Assembly (NCBI GenBank): GCA_022813965.1
Contig: JALDZS010000133.1
Coordinates: 1 to 64,000, forward strand
From: Toensbergia leucococca
Taxonomy: Eukaryota
DNA: 64,000 bases
Direction: 5' to 3'
Shown here piece by piece: positions 1 through 10,463 of this stretch. Each line of letters begins with the position of its first letter. Position 1 is the first letter of the stretch. The notes under the pieces are model-generated. The model was not told the origin of the DNA. It saw only the letters and a program-made list of their open reading frames with translations, and did not search any database. The position numbers and the translations under genes are program-made.

Positions 1-1470
1 CAAGATCACACAGATCATGCTGTTAGAAAAGCAGAGTGCAGTAAATCTTTCATCTCTCAATCTTCATTGTCAGGTACAAGATGAAAAGTGTGAATTTATA
101 TCAATACAGGACTGAAATGAAACACCTTTTGAGTAGAATTCTTCACAGATATCAGTGCTTATGATATGTGCTGCTAAGCGCTGAATGCTTAATTCCTAAT
201 CTTTCATGGAGGACAATAGGTAGTCAGGGCATGAGCTAGCAATGCCGGACCGGTCTTGTCAAGATAGGTAGAATCCCTCTCTGTCATAATGCATCACGAC
301 TCAAGTCTGAGAAAGTCTGGACATCATGACAGTCAATGCCAAAATCTCACCCTCAATTGAGCATCTATCTAGTAATGAGCTGCATCAGTCTTCACAATAT
401 GATATCTCAACATCCCTAGTAGAGAGAGAAGAAAGATAGAGCCGTTGTATTCTCAGCAGTCTCACGACGTTCAATGCAATGCTGCGGCGTGACTACCCTG
501 ATGATGTCCGCTCAAAGAAGTATTTAACACTTTCCTGTCGTATACTTCTTTCCACGTATTTTCTACCCATGAGGTATAATTTGGTTGCTCCATGTAGACT
601 GGGATATGGATCGCTCCAAGGCTGTTGGAACTCCACCCTAATGCGTCATGGCCCCTTTGTTCTTTCCATCAGGACCGGTTATGCACATGACCGTCGCTCC
701 TCACTTTTTCAGTATTGCGCTGCTGACTGGCTTCTCGACGCCTGCATTTGGGGTATGTGGGGGCTGTGCTGGAGCGTCTGGTATTTGAACGTCTGAGAAA
801 TCGTCTTGAGCAACGGCGTTAATCGTGAATGCATCTAGGAAAGCCTTAGTTGAGCGTATGTAGAAATGTAATCAAGATGAGTCTCTGGCACATACAGACT
901 CCAATTGCAAATGCGAAGATTGCAGAGCCGGTTAGGATGTTGCGGACTAGGTACGGTTGGCGAGCTCGAATCAGGGCGGCTGTCTGCCTATAGTTCTTGT
1001 CGTAATAGGACGAGCGTGGAATACTTGAGGCATTGTTAGAGTCAGGTTAATCGTCGTGAAGGAGGAGCAAGCTACTAACACCGCCATTTGGAATATCGAG
1101 ATGGGATGCTACTTGCTACTCGTAGGTCAGCTTCATTCCTGATTCTTTGGAGGACAAATCGGGGGACTTCCGTGGCCCGCTAGCGTGCTGTCTGGGGTTT
1201 AGCGTGCATTCAAAGCAATGACCTTTTCATCATTTTAATCACCAATCTGGCACGCAACACGAAGTTTCAACAACGAAATCGTAGACTTCTCCTGCTACCC
1301 GTCTTTTTCTACTGGCTCCCACACTCTGATGCTCCACTTTCCCTTACAGTAGTAAGCCGGCTCTGCTTTACCGCCAGATACAGATAGATTGCCGGACCGT
1401 AAAATAGAGCTTGGACCGGATCCGGAAACCAGCCGCCATCGTTACCGTATCGCCATCTATAACGCTCCAT

Positions 1471-4161
1471 ATGGCTGCTCTGTCAGTCTCTGATCAGTTG
1501 ACACAACTCGAAAATGCTCGCCAGCTGGTCCTTGCCGATTCCGTACTCTATCCTCAGATCGTACAAGGCATCTTGCCAATTGTTGGCTCCAATGCATTGC
1601 TCGAACTGCGAAGATGGGGAGCTGATTTCCTCGCGGAGACGTTCGCGAGCCCTACGCTCGCATCACAACAGAAGGAGACTTTGAGCATACGGGTATTGCA
1701 GACCTTGAGGGATTTGCTGGAGAAGCCAGGTGAGGATGTAGGTGTGGTCAAGAGTGTGGTCCAAGCTGCAGCCAGTATATACCCACTAGTATTCCGTTAC
1801 ATGTACGTGCACTCCTCACACCTATACTCCTACAGCCCCATGTCGTAGACGTCCTTCTGGTATCATGAAAATGCTTTAGAGGCAGAACTAAGGCTTAACG
1901 GATGGTATCTCATGTTGCTTCTGTTATTAGTATATCAAATCCGAATGACTCGTCAACGTGGGATAGAATGGCTGCTATCAAATCCAACATTCTGAAGAGA
2001 TGGGATACCGCTGCTCCAGGGATCCGAATATGCTGCATCAAGTTTGTGCAACGCGTTGTCCAGGTCCAAACACCAGGGGTAATTGCAGATCCTCGGGTGC
2101 GTAATCCCTAAATTTCTATACAGACAGCGTCCTACTAATGGCCTTGACAGCGTCCCGAGCAAAATGAGGTTTCCCTGGCTTTAGTGGCTCGAGATCACCC
2201 TTTAATCCCACCCCCTTTCCTTGAAGCTGAGGCGTCTGGCTTGCTGGATAGACTCCTCAACGTCTTTCATGAAGACAAGAGGTATGTGACTTGAACTGTA
2301 GACATGAGCAACATTGCCTGATTGCGTGCTTTGCAGTGATGCCATGCTTGTCAACGCAACATTAAATTGTCTTGGAATGGCCATTGCCACACGGCAGTCC
2401 ATTGCCAATAAAATCATTTCCGCAATCCTCAGCTTCAACCCCATGAAACAAGCCAACTCCCCCATGACCCCCAAAACCAGAGTCCAAATAAAGTCCATGG
2501 AGAGGACTACCAGGTCCTTTCTCACCAATGTTCTCCGGAGGTATGTAGATCGTGCCCTAGAATATAAGAGAATATAATAGGTACTGACAGTACCTCTAGA
2601 AACGAGAATGGACCATTTTCAATTCGCATCAAACAGCATATTGACCGTCTTGCTCAAGCCCATCTAAATGTTTTTGATGAAGGGAGCCGGAAACGGCCAG
2701 CTCCCAGTGAGCCTACAGACGGCCTTGAAAACGCCAAGCGTACTCGTTATGGAGCAGACGTGTCTAATCGCTCCAACTTTCCTCCTCTGCCGCCTGGTCC
2801 TACCAGCATAGCTCAACTTTTCACCTTGACGGAAGACGAAGGTCTTTCATCTTTTGACGTTACCCAGTTACCCATCGACTTGGTAGTCAAAATAACTCTC
2901 CCAGTGCTGTACCGAATTGACGAGACTCTTCTAGACAACGCTATCAATGGTGTTCGATCCCGCTACCTGTCGCTCAGTAGAAACCAACGAAATGCACCGG
3001 AAGATCCTATTCAGCCACCTCTGACCCTCGATGATGAGGAAGACGACTACGAACCTGATTTCCAGCCCGTGGAGGACCCAGAGCAAATTCTGAATAAGAC
3101 AGATGCATTACCACCCGAAGACTCTCTGCAAATCCCTACAGAAGTGTCCCTCGGGCTTTTCAACCTTCCGCAGCCCCCACCCATGACGGAGGAGGAAACG
3201 GAATCAATCGGGAAAGGTACTATCAGCCGTGTGTTCAGCATGATGAACGTCCTTGATGAGCCCACGTCGGCGAAAAGGCAAAAACCAGGATTGAATAGGT
3301 TAGCGGGAAGCAACTACGATCGAGAAGCGTGGATCACAGTTATCACGAGATTGGCAACACGCGCTTCCGCTGGGCTAGAAGATGATGGAAAAGAAATCAA
3401 AAAGGAGAATGGACTGAGTGGTGCCGTCGAAAAGCAGACTAGGCCTAGTCTTAGCGACAGTATTAGGGAGACTCTCTGGAAGTATGTTATTGAGGATTTC
3501 CGAGGTCGAATATCGATAGCGATTGCTTGGTTGAACGAGGAGTGGTTTAATGATCGGATGCAGAAGGACAGGCAGGAGCAAGAAGCCAACGGAGCATCGA
3601 AGCAGCCCAAGGAACATTATAAGAAATGGGTAATGAAGGTGTTGGACGGAATTATACCGTATTTGGACGCGAAGGATAAGGTTTTGATTCGGTTTTTGTC
3701 GGAGATCCCGGGGGTCGACGAGAAGGTGCTGGAGAGGGTAAAGAGGCTGGCCATGGACCCGGAGAGGGTTGGGCTAGCAGTAAATGCCATACAGTAAGGT
3801 CTCAACTAATGGTGGTTAGCCAGGGCGTAAGCTAATTGCGGTCTACGCAGTTACTTGATATTACTTCGACCCCCGGTGCGAGAAATATGCATTGATGCGC
3901 TCGAGGATCTCTGGCGAAACTGTAAGGGTTATCCCAGCTGGCTCACAGTGTATCAGATGCTGACGTGAAGGTACAGATGACGATGCGAAGGGGCCAACGA
4001 CAAAGCTCCTAAGCAAATGGCGACCTCACATTCTAGAAAGGAAGACTAATGGGATCAAGCAAGAAGCCACAGGACACGTAGGCGAGGCGGTTAGGGAGGC
4101 TCCCTCAACGCCTGGACCGGAGTCTGTAGTCTTGAAAGCAAACACAGTAGCTGCAAGATAA
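1471..4161 (+). CDS. PTA1: mRNA cleavage/polyadenylation factor Pta1 (symplekin N-terminal family), multi-exon
   Basis: Exons join as MAALSVSDQLTQLENARQLVL...RRWGADFLAETF, CCIKFVQRVVQVQTPG, LEAEASGLLDRLL, KSMERTTR, AIAWLNEEWFND, LIRFLSEIP. Canonical GT-AG introns. ATG at 1471, TAA at 4159-4161. Confidence 0.9.
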
Positions 4162-5205
4162 GGATGAAGATGGGTCGAACATAAGTAATAATCGGTGTTT
4201 CAGGAATTTTGGGGAAGTGGAAGTGAAAGCAAAAATGGAAGTGGAAGTAGAAGTTTTGGCTTTAGCGATGATGATATTGATACAGCATAGCCAAGGCGTA
4301 TGCTGGATGGTAAGGTGGCTCGGTGGTCATTGCATTCCTAGATAGTAAGATCTTTAGGCATGGGATTTGTTCTGCTGGTTTTTCATTTCAAGACTTGGAG
4401 TGTCATGATGTGTTCATTTCCGTTTTCCATGTTTTCCATGTTTTCCATGACCTTCCGTCCAGCGTGATTCGCCGTCCATACGACAGGCGCAGACATCATT
4501 CACACATCTCCTAATTCCCACATTCCCATCTTCCATCTTCCGTCTTTCCGTCTTTCTGTCTTCCTTCCCGTCTTCTTCTTCCTGCCAAGTGCTTCCAGCT
4601 TTTGTTGCATTCCCGCCTTCGCCATCTTCCATTACTGACGCAGTAAACGCTTGAGCTTGCCACTCTACGCTATCCAAGCACCAGGTAAGCTATGCTATCT
4701 CATCTTGGTGCCTTCCTTCTTTTGCACTATCGAGTATTGGGTGCTTGCTCGTGATCTTCTCGTTTTTCTGTGCATCGCTTGACCTGTTATACTTGTGCCA
4801 GCTCTCAACCTCACTTTGGCAGCATTGCACCTTTACGCTTCTGTATTCTGAAGCCGTCATCATCTTCAATATGTCGTAGTCTCCATTTCCTTGAGAAGAT
4901 AACTTGCCATTTTATCATCAAGGTATTTGATTATTCGATGCCCCAGACTTGCATCATTATGTCTCAACAAGACTTCTCTCATCTCCCTGGATCAACATTC
5001 CAAGCTGTATCTATGCCCACATATCAACCTCTTCTCAACATGTCTCTCCCTCAGCATCGTTTGTGTCGTGATCAATTTCTTTGCTTTTTTTATGTTTTCC
5101 TATCTGATGTTTCTTGCCTTTCCCAGTGGAAGCAACCTGTGATAACATACTTGGGCTGAGTTAAGTCTGACGTTCTGCATACATAGCTTCAAAGTTTGCC
5201 CAAAA

Positions 5206-6054
5206 ATGTCTTCTCCCGTGACTCCTACTCCGAGCGGTACCCCCAGCGCCAAGCGAGGCAAAGCTGCTACCACATCACCATCCAAGGGCTCGACCGGGGC
5301 CGCTCTGAATGAAGACCTCACTGTTCTACTTCTCGCTACCAATCCCAAGTTGGTACCCAACTTCAAAGCAATGGCGGTCCTCAACGACGAGCACACTGCC
5401 TCAAGCTATGAACACAAATTTCGTCCTCTTAGAGCAGCAGCGAAAGCACTTTACGAAGCGAAAGGGGGCGATCAAGGTATTCAAGTACTTATTGAAGACA
5501 AGAAAACTGAGAAGAAAGGTGACGGGGAGAACGCAGGCAAAGGAATGGCTAGCAAAGGCGTTGCGAAGCGTAAGAACGGGATTAAGGATGGCGAGGAAGG
5601 GGACGCCAACGAACTAGTTGAGGCTGGAAAGGCAAAGAAAGCGAAAGTTGTTAAAGAGGCGAAGCCAAAGCGCAAGACAGCAAACGATAGCGATATTAAC
5701 GTCGAGGACGAGCAATCTGTGGCCAAGAAAGCTAAAGTCGAGAAGAAGGGGACGGCACGTAAGATGCTAAAGAAGTCGGAGCTTGCATCTAGTTCGGACG
5801 AGAGCGATGGCGATGGAAATGCAGAAACTGCCCCTGTCAAGAATGGCAAAGCCGAAAAGAAAGCCGTCGTAACTGCGAGAAAGGCACCCAAGAAAGCTGA
5901 GCCAAAGGCAAAAGAGCCATCCAAGGCCAAAGCCAAGGTCCAGGCAAAGAAGCCAAAGATCGAAGACGAGGCCGACGTGGAGGACGAAATTAGTCAAGAC
6001 AGCAAGCAGATTGGGGAGAAACTTGTTGAAATGGCATTCGACGAGAATGCATAA
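5206..6054 (+). CDS. Lys/Ala/Glu-rich hypothetical protein (282 aa) with a small folded N-terminal domain; probable nuclear protein
   Basis: Intact ATG ORF in aaaATG context. It is preceded by a probable 5'UTR intron (GTAAGC 4685, CTGAC, TAG 5186). Confidence 0.7.
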   Translation: MSSPVTPTPSGTPSAKRGKAATTSPSKGSTGAALNEDLTVLLLATNPKLVPNFKAMAVLNDEHTASSYEHKFRPLRAAAKALYEAKGGDQGIQVLIEDKKTEKKGDGENAGKGMASKGVAKRKNGIKDGEEGDANELVEAGKAKKAKVVKEAKPKRKTANDSDINVEDEQSVAKKAKVEKKGTARKMLKKSELASSSDESDGDGNAETAPVKNGKAEKKAVVTARKAPKKAEPKAKEPSKAKAKVQAKKPKIEDEADVEDEISQDSKQIGEKLVEMAFDENA

Positions 6055-6215
6055 GATTCTTGGTAGCGGTACGTCTTCTTTACCACTTTATGATTCACTC
6101 CTCTAAAAAGGCCGAGAGCAGTCAAGATACATTGCGCTCACGATTTTCTTGAAAGGATGATTGCGCGAAGGATTGGTGGTCTTTTACAAATGAGCCTTAG
6201 ATAGTGGAATGGCAA

Positions 6216-7487
6216 TCAAATCGCCTGGAAGCTAGCGTCTTGATCACAGCTATAACCGTGCGCTTCCAATTTCTCCTGCAATAACATGTATGCCTCTTGT
6301 ACGCTTTCCGATGCACTGGCGCTATCAGACTCCTGTCCTTTGCTCCCCCATTTACGGAGACTTGTCCTCAGAGCCGAGCACCATGACTTCAGGCCCCGAA
6401 TCACATTTTGATGACTGAGCATTTCTTCCGCTTCTGAATCTTGCCGCAATACAATACTGTCGTCCCGATTATTCGGCATAATCCAAGGATCTTCCTTTTC
6501 AAGAAAGGACTCAAGTTCCTCATCAACCTTCTTCTCTTCAGACACGTGCGTGGAATCGTAGCCTCCAACATGATCATTGACTTGTGAAAAGTGATCCAGC
6601 AAGAAATTAGCAATCTTCCCCCTCAATCTATCTTTCCCGTCTTGACCCGTCTGCTCCGCTTCGTACACCTGCACCAAGAGATCTAAGCCCCCCACCTTCA
6701 CAAAATTCCAGACTAACACGGGTTCCTGCGATAACGCTGACAGCAGGAACACCGCTCTCACTAAAAGCTGCGGCAGTCGCTCATACGCTAAGGCGGCAAG
6801 TATACTTTCTAACGGGCCTGTGGGCCACTCATCGTTATAGAAATGGCACATGGCGGCTGAAAGTGCGGCAGGATTGTTTTGGATGGCAGTGCCCAGAACG
6901 AGTGCTGCGGCACCACGGACAAGATGATCGGTGGTGTTAACAGCGAAGAGCTCGACCAGCTTGTGGACGGTCGGCTTGTCGCGAGCGAGGGTGAGGCCCC
7001 ATTGGTGGGAATGGGAGAGGTCTTCGAGAGTTGAGAGCGCCGGTAGAAGAGCGGGCGAAGTGGGAGGGGCTGATCTTAGGATAGAAGAACTAGTGGCGAA
7101 GAGAGCAGATTCGCCGGTTTCTAGGTGGCGTCGTGGGCTAGTCTGGTCCAGAAGGCCGGGAGCATACGAGGAGTCGACCACGGGTTCTGATTCCTCGATA
7201 ATAACGAGGTCGGAGCTCTCATCTACCGAAGATGAAGTGGGAAGATTGAGCCTGGCTTCTTTCCGGCCAGTCTCGAGATTCAAGCGGATATGAAGGCCTG
7301 GGGGAAGGGATTGGTCGTCTCGGATGGGCTCAAAGGCTGTGGTGGGTTGGAAAACGCGAGGATAGCAGTCTGAAGGATGGCTGGTGTGGCAAATGAGATC
7401 TATAGATGCTGGTGGAGACGGTGCGGTGTCTTGAGCACGGATAAGATAGACGAGGGAGAGCACCAAGGAGAGGATATTGAAACGCAT
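6216..7487 (-). CDS. SIL1: ER BiP nucleotide exchange factor Sil1
   Basis: Signal peptide MRFNILSLVLSLVYLIRA from ATG 7487. Motifs CHTSHPSDCYPRVFQPT, LPPGLHIRLNLETGRKEARLN, LEDLSH and AIQNNPAA. Confidence 0.9.
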   Translation of the reverse strand: MRFNILSLVLSLVYLIRAQDTAPSPPASIDLICHTSHPSDCYPRVFQPTTAFEPIRDDQSLPPGLHIRLNLETGRKEARLNLPTSSSVDESSDLVIIEESEPVVDSSYAPGLLDQTSPRRHLETGESALFATSSSILRSAPPTSPALLPALSTLEDLSHSHQWGLTLARDKPTVHKLVELFAVNTTDHLVRGAAALVLGTAIQNNPAALSAAMCHFYNDEWPTGPLESILAALAYERLPQLLVRAVFLLSALSQEPVLVWNFVKVGGLDLLVQVYEAEQTGQDGKDRLRGKIANFLLDHFSQVNDHVGGYDSTHVSEEKKVDEELESFLEKEDPWIMPNNRDDSIVLRQDSEAEEMLSHQNVIRGLKSWCSALRTSLRKWGSKGQESDSASASESVQEAYMLLQEKLEAHGYSCDQDASFQAI

Positions 7488-7803
7488 GGTTCTTAAGTTG
7501 TCGTCTACATTGAGAAAAGTAGAGGTCTTTAATATGCAAAAGAGAGAACGAGCAGAACAGAATAAATTTCCCCCAAATTGAAATGTTTCATCGATGACCA
7601 ATCCTCAAGTCCTCTCCACCACTTGCTCTGACGTCTATTTGTCACCTTCAAGGCACCAACCAAAGGTAAGATACTAACCCGCATAGGCTTAGCGTAAACA
7701 GCTGACGAGTGACTATCCGTATGGATATCAGTAGTGAGGACTGAGACAACAAGCTCTACCATCTCAATCAGCAAGGCATTGAGCTCCTCAACATCCCTCC
7801 CTA

Positions 7804-8650
7804 ATGCTCCAAATAAGACGAAGCGCATTCCGCTTCGCAAAGCGCTCATACCGACAACCATCCCGCCGCTACGACAGTACGTCTAGCCATTCCTCATCTA
7901 CAGCCCACCATGCCGAACCTGTCAACGAATCCCTTGGTGTAAGTCTCCTCTTCTTCCCTGCAAACCCCCCAAACCTAATCCTCCATCCCCAGCGCGGCTT
8001 CTACGTCTCCCTAGGCGCTATCCCCCTCTCCCTTGCCCTCTACAAATTCTCCAGCACGACCTCCGACTCCGCCGATCCCTTCCTCACCCGCCTTATCAAC
8101 AGCTACAGCCAGTTTCAGGACCGTTGGACGGAGCGTAATGCACTCCACACGAGCATGATTGAGCAGGCAGCGCACGACCGGAACTTGTTTCAGAGCAGTC
8201 CTGCTAGTAAGACTATTGAGTTGAAGTTTCCCGAGTAGGTTCTTTTCGTTTTCTTTTTGGATTGTCTTTCCTTGGGCTGTGGGTGGTGTACTGGTTTGGG
8301 ATGGAGGAGCATACTAGAGGAAAGGGGGGGAATCGTATCCCAAGCAAAGAGAAATGGATCGAGCTCTCCATCTTTTCCCTCCCATCTAGACACCATTACC
8401 CTGCCCAACCCTAGGCCTCCTTTTCCCCTTCCCACGACTCCCGAGCCCCTACTGATCCGTCCTGTTCAACAGAATCTTCAACACTGGTTCCCCCTACAAT
8501 ATCCCCGCCGGCCACAGCGCTGACCTCTCCGCCCTAATTGCGCACTACGAGAAGAAAAACGCCGAAACAGAGGAGAAGCGAATGAAGGCCGCCAAGGGGG
8601 AAATCAAGAAGGCGGACCCGGAAGAACTTGTTAGGAGGGGGACTTATTGA
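7804..8650 (+). CDS. NADH:ubiquinone oxidoreductase 17.8-kDa accessory subunit, mitochondrial (3 exons)
   Basis: Arg-rich presequence, then HAEPVNESLG, RNALHTSMIEQAAHDRNLF and FPE|IFNTGSPYNIPAGH. TGA at 8648-8650. Confidence 0.85.
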
Positions 8651-9171
8651 TGTAGATGGGTAGGATTGTACATATACGATTTTATTTACCGAGGAAGGGC
8701 GTGCTTGAGATTGCCCTCAAGGGAGCAGGCAGCGGAGGTGGAATGAAGATTAAGATACTACATTTACAAATGTAGTCAACGACGTGCGGACCAGACCTGT
8801 GCAGGCCATGAGTTGACCTTCAAGCAGTATGAGAATAGGCGGGATATGGAGGCGACATTGAATTAGCCAGGTAAGCAAGATTCTCTGGATTTCCAAGGCC
8901 ATCAAAATTGCTACAGATAAATGAACAATGCCAAACGAGCGCTTCAATATGACAAATATTATATACGTCCACAGACGCTTCCCCTATATGGTTTTCTCAC
9001 ACCACCGTGCAACGCGATTTGCCCCCTCCCTCCCAAATAAGTGCCACTTTGCAATGCCACCATACGCTAAAGATGATGCAAAGTCAACATGACCAAAGCC
9101 AAATCACCCACCCATGTAATACAAATTTGTGTATATAAGCTCCCGTTATGATACAGCCACTGGCCCACCTC

Positions 9172-10100
9172 TTACCAAGCCGCCACAGCCGCCACGGCCA
9201 CAGCAACGATGACCTCCTGTACCCTCACTACACCAAAACTGCCCACAGCCGCGTTCCCGGACGCCTTTGGCGCACTGGTACTCTGGGCACTGGCGCTGGC
9301 GCTTACGGAACTCGTCGCCGCCGCCGACGAAGGCGCACTCGAGCTCGAACTTGGCGAACTATTCGAAGACGTAGAGCCAGATGAGCTCGAGCTCGAAGTC
9401 GATCCCGACGACACGCTTGTGGAGGAAGAGCTTGAGCCGGATGAGGAGGATGAGGCGGCGCTGGTGGACGTGGTCATGCTCATTTTGCTGGAGGAGACCG
9501 AGGACATCGACGCCGATGACATGGATGCGCTAGAGGCGGATGTACTGGATGCGCTACTGCTGCTCGCAGACATGGATTCGCTCGAGGCGCTTGTGCTGGC
9601 GCTGGACGAGGTGCTGGCCGAGGCGACTGTATTGGAGGAGTCGATGACGAATTGGGGGGTGTAATTTATTTGGGAGGGGTCCGAGTCATCGATGATCTCG
9701 AGAGTGTAGTCGGAATTGCGGACGATACTGCTAGGGGGCGTGTAGGTGATCGAGCCCGAATTGGGAACGGAGGCTATGGGTGGTGCGTTAATTTAGGCGG
9801 TGAATGCAGCGATGGGGGCAGGAGACAGAAACATAAGAAACAGAAGGGCGAGGGGCAGGTCTGAGGAAGCTTACAAGCAACAACAGTAACAGTATCCAAG
9901 TCACTGCTTGCACCATCGCGAAGATTGATGGTCACGGTCCCGGAGGTGGTGGGCGTCCAGCTTATGGTGGAAGATTGGCCAGCGGTGAGGGAGTAACCGC
10001 CCTCGGGGATCTTGAAGGGGTTTGGATTAGAACCCGAAGCTGTTTGGGCAGAGGCGAGGCCGAGCAGGATGCTGGCTAAGGAGAGAAGCGTGAAGTGCAT
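9172..10100 (-). CDS. GPI-anchored Ser/Thr-rich cell-wall protein (Kre9/Knh1-like N-terminal domain)
   Basis: Signal peptide MHFTLLSLASILLGLASA. Domain NPFKIP...ISWTPTTSGTVTINL...NYTPQF. One intron (about 9775-9874), Ser-rich stalk, hydrophobic C-terminus after SGNAA. Confidence 0.85.
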
Positions 10101-10463
10101 GTTTGGGGTAATGATGAAATATGTACTCCGTATATATGGCGCAAAATTAATACTTAAGTATGGTCTCAAATGACTAAAAGAACGAAAGTGAGCGTGTTCG
10201 TACACAGAAGATTGAAATTGAAGGAAAGTGCAAAAGCGATCGAATAAATGAAGATGTTGGATTATTTGGCCACAAAATAAGATTCGAGGGATCGAGGGAT
10301 TGATGTTTCTATTTCCCCATGCTGGTCCGTGCTCCTGTGCATGCAGCCGCCACATTTAGAATACGAGTATAATACGAGAAGAAAGGGGCCGAGTGGGGCT
10401 AACATTTTAATGTTCGTATCCCTCCTCCCTCGCGCCTCAGTATTACCCCTTCGGCTACCTACT

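Noticed and set aside
479..796. 105-aa ORF upstream of PTA1
   Set aside because: Atypical composition (Cys/Trp-rich) and no recognisable motif.
4422..4448. (GTTTTCCAT)x3 tandem repeat
   Set aside because: Simple short intergenic repeat with no spacers; not CRISPR-like.
9209..9664. Acidic 151-aa + strand ORF, and similar antisense ORFs (11190-11690, 23492-24232, 38381-38971)
   Set aside because: Shadow ORFs on the opposite strand of real low-complexity or GC-rich genes.
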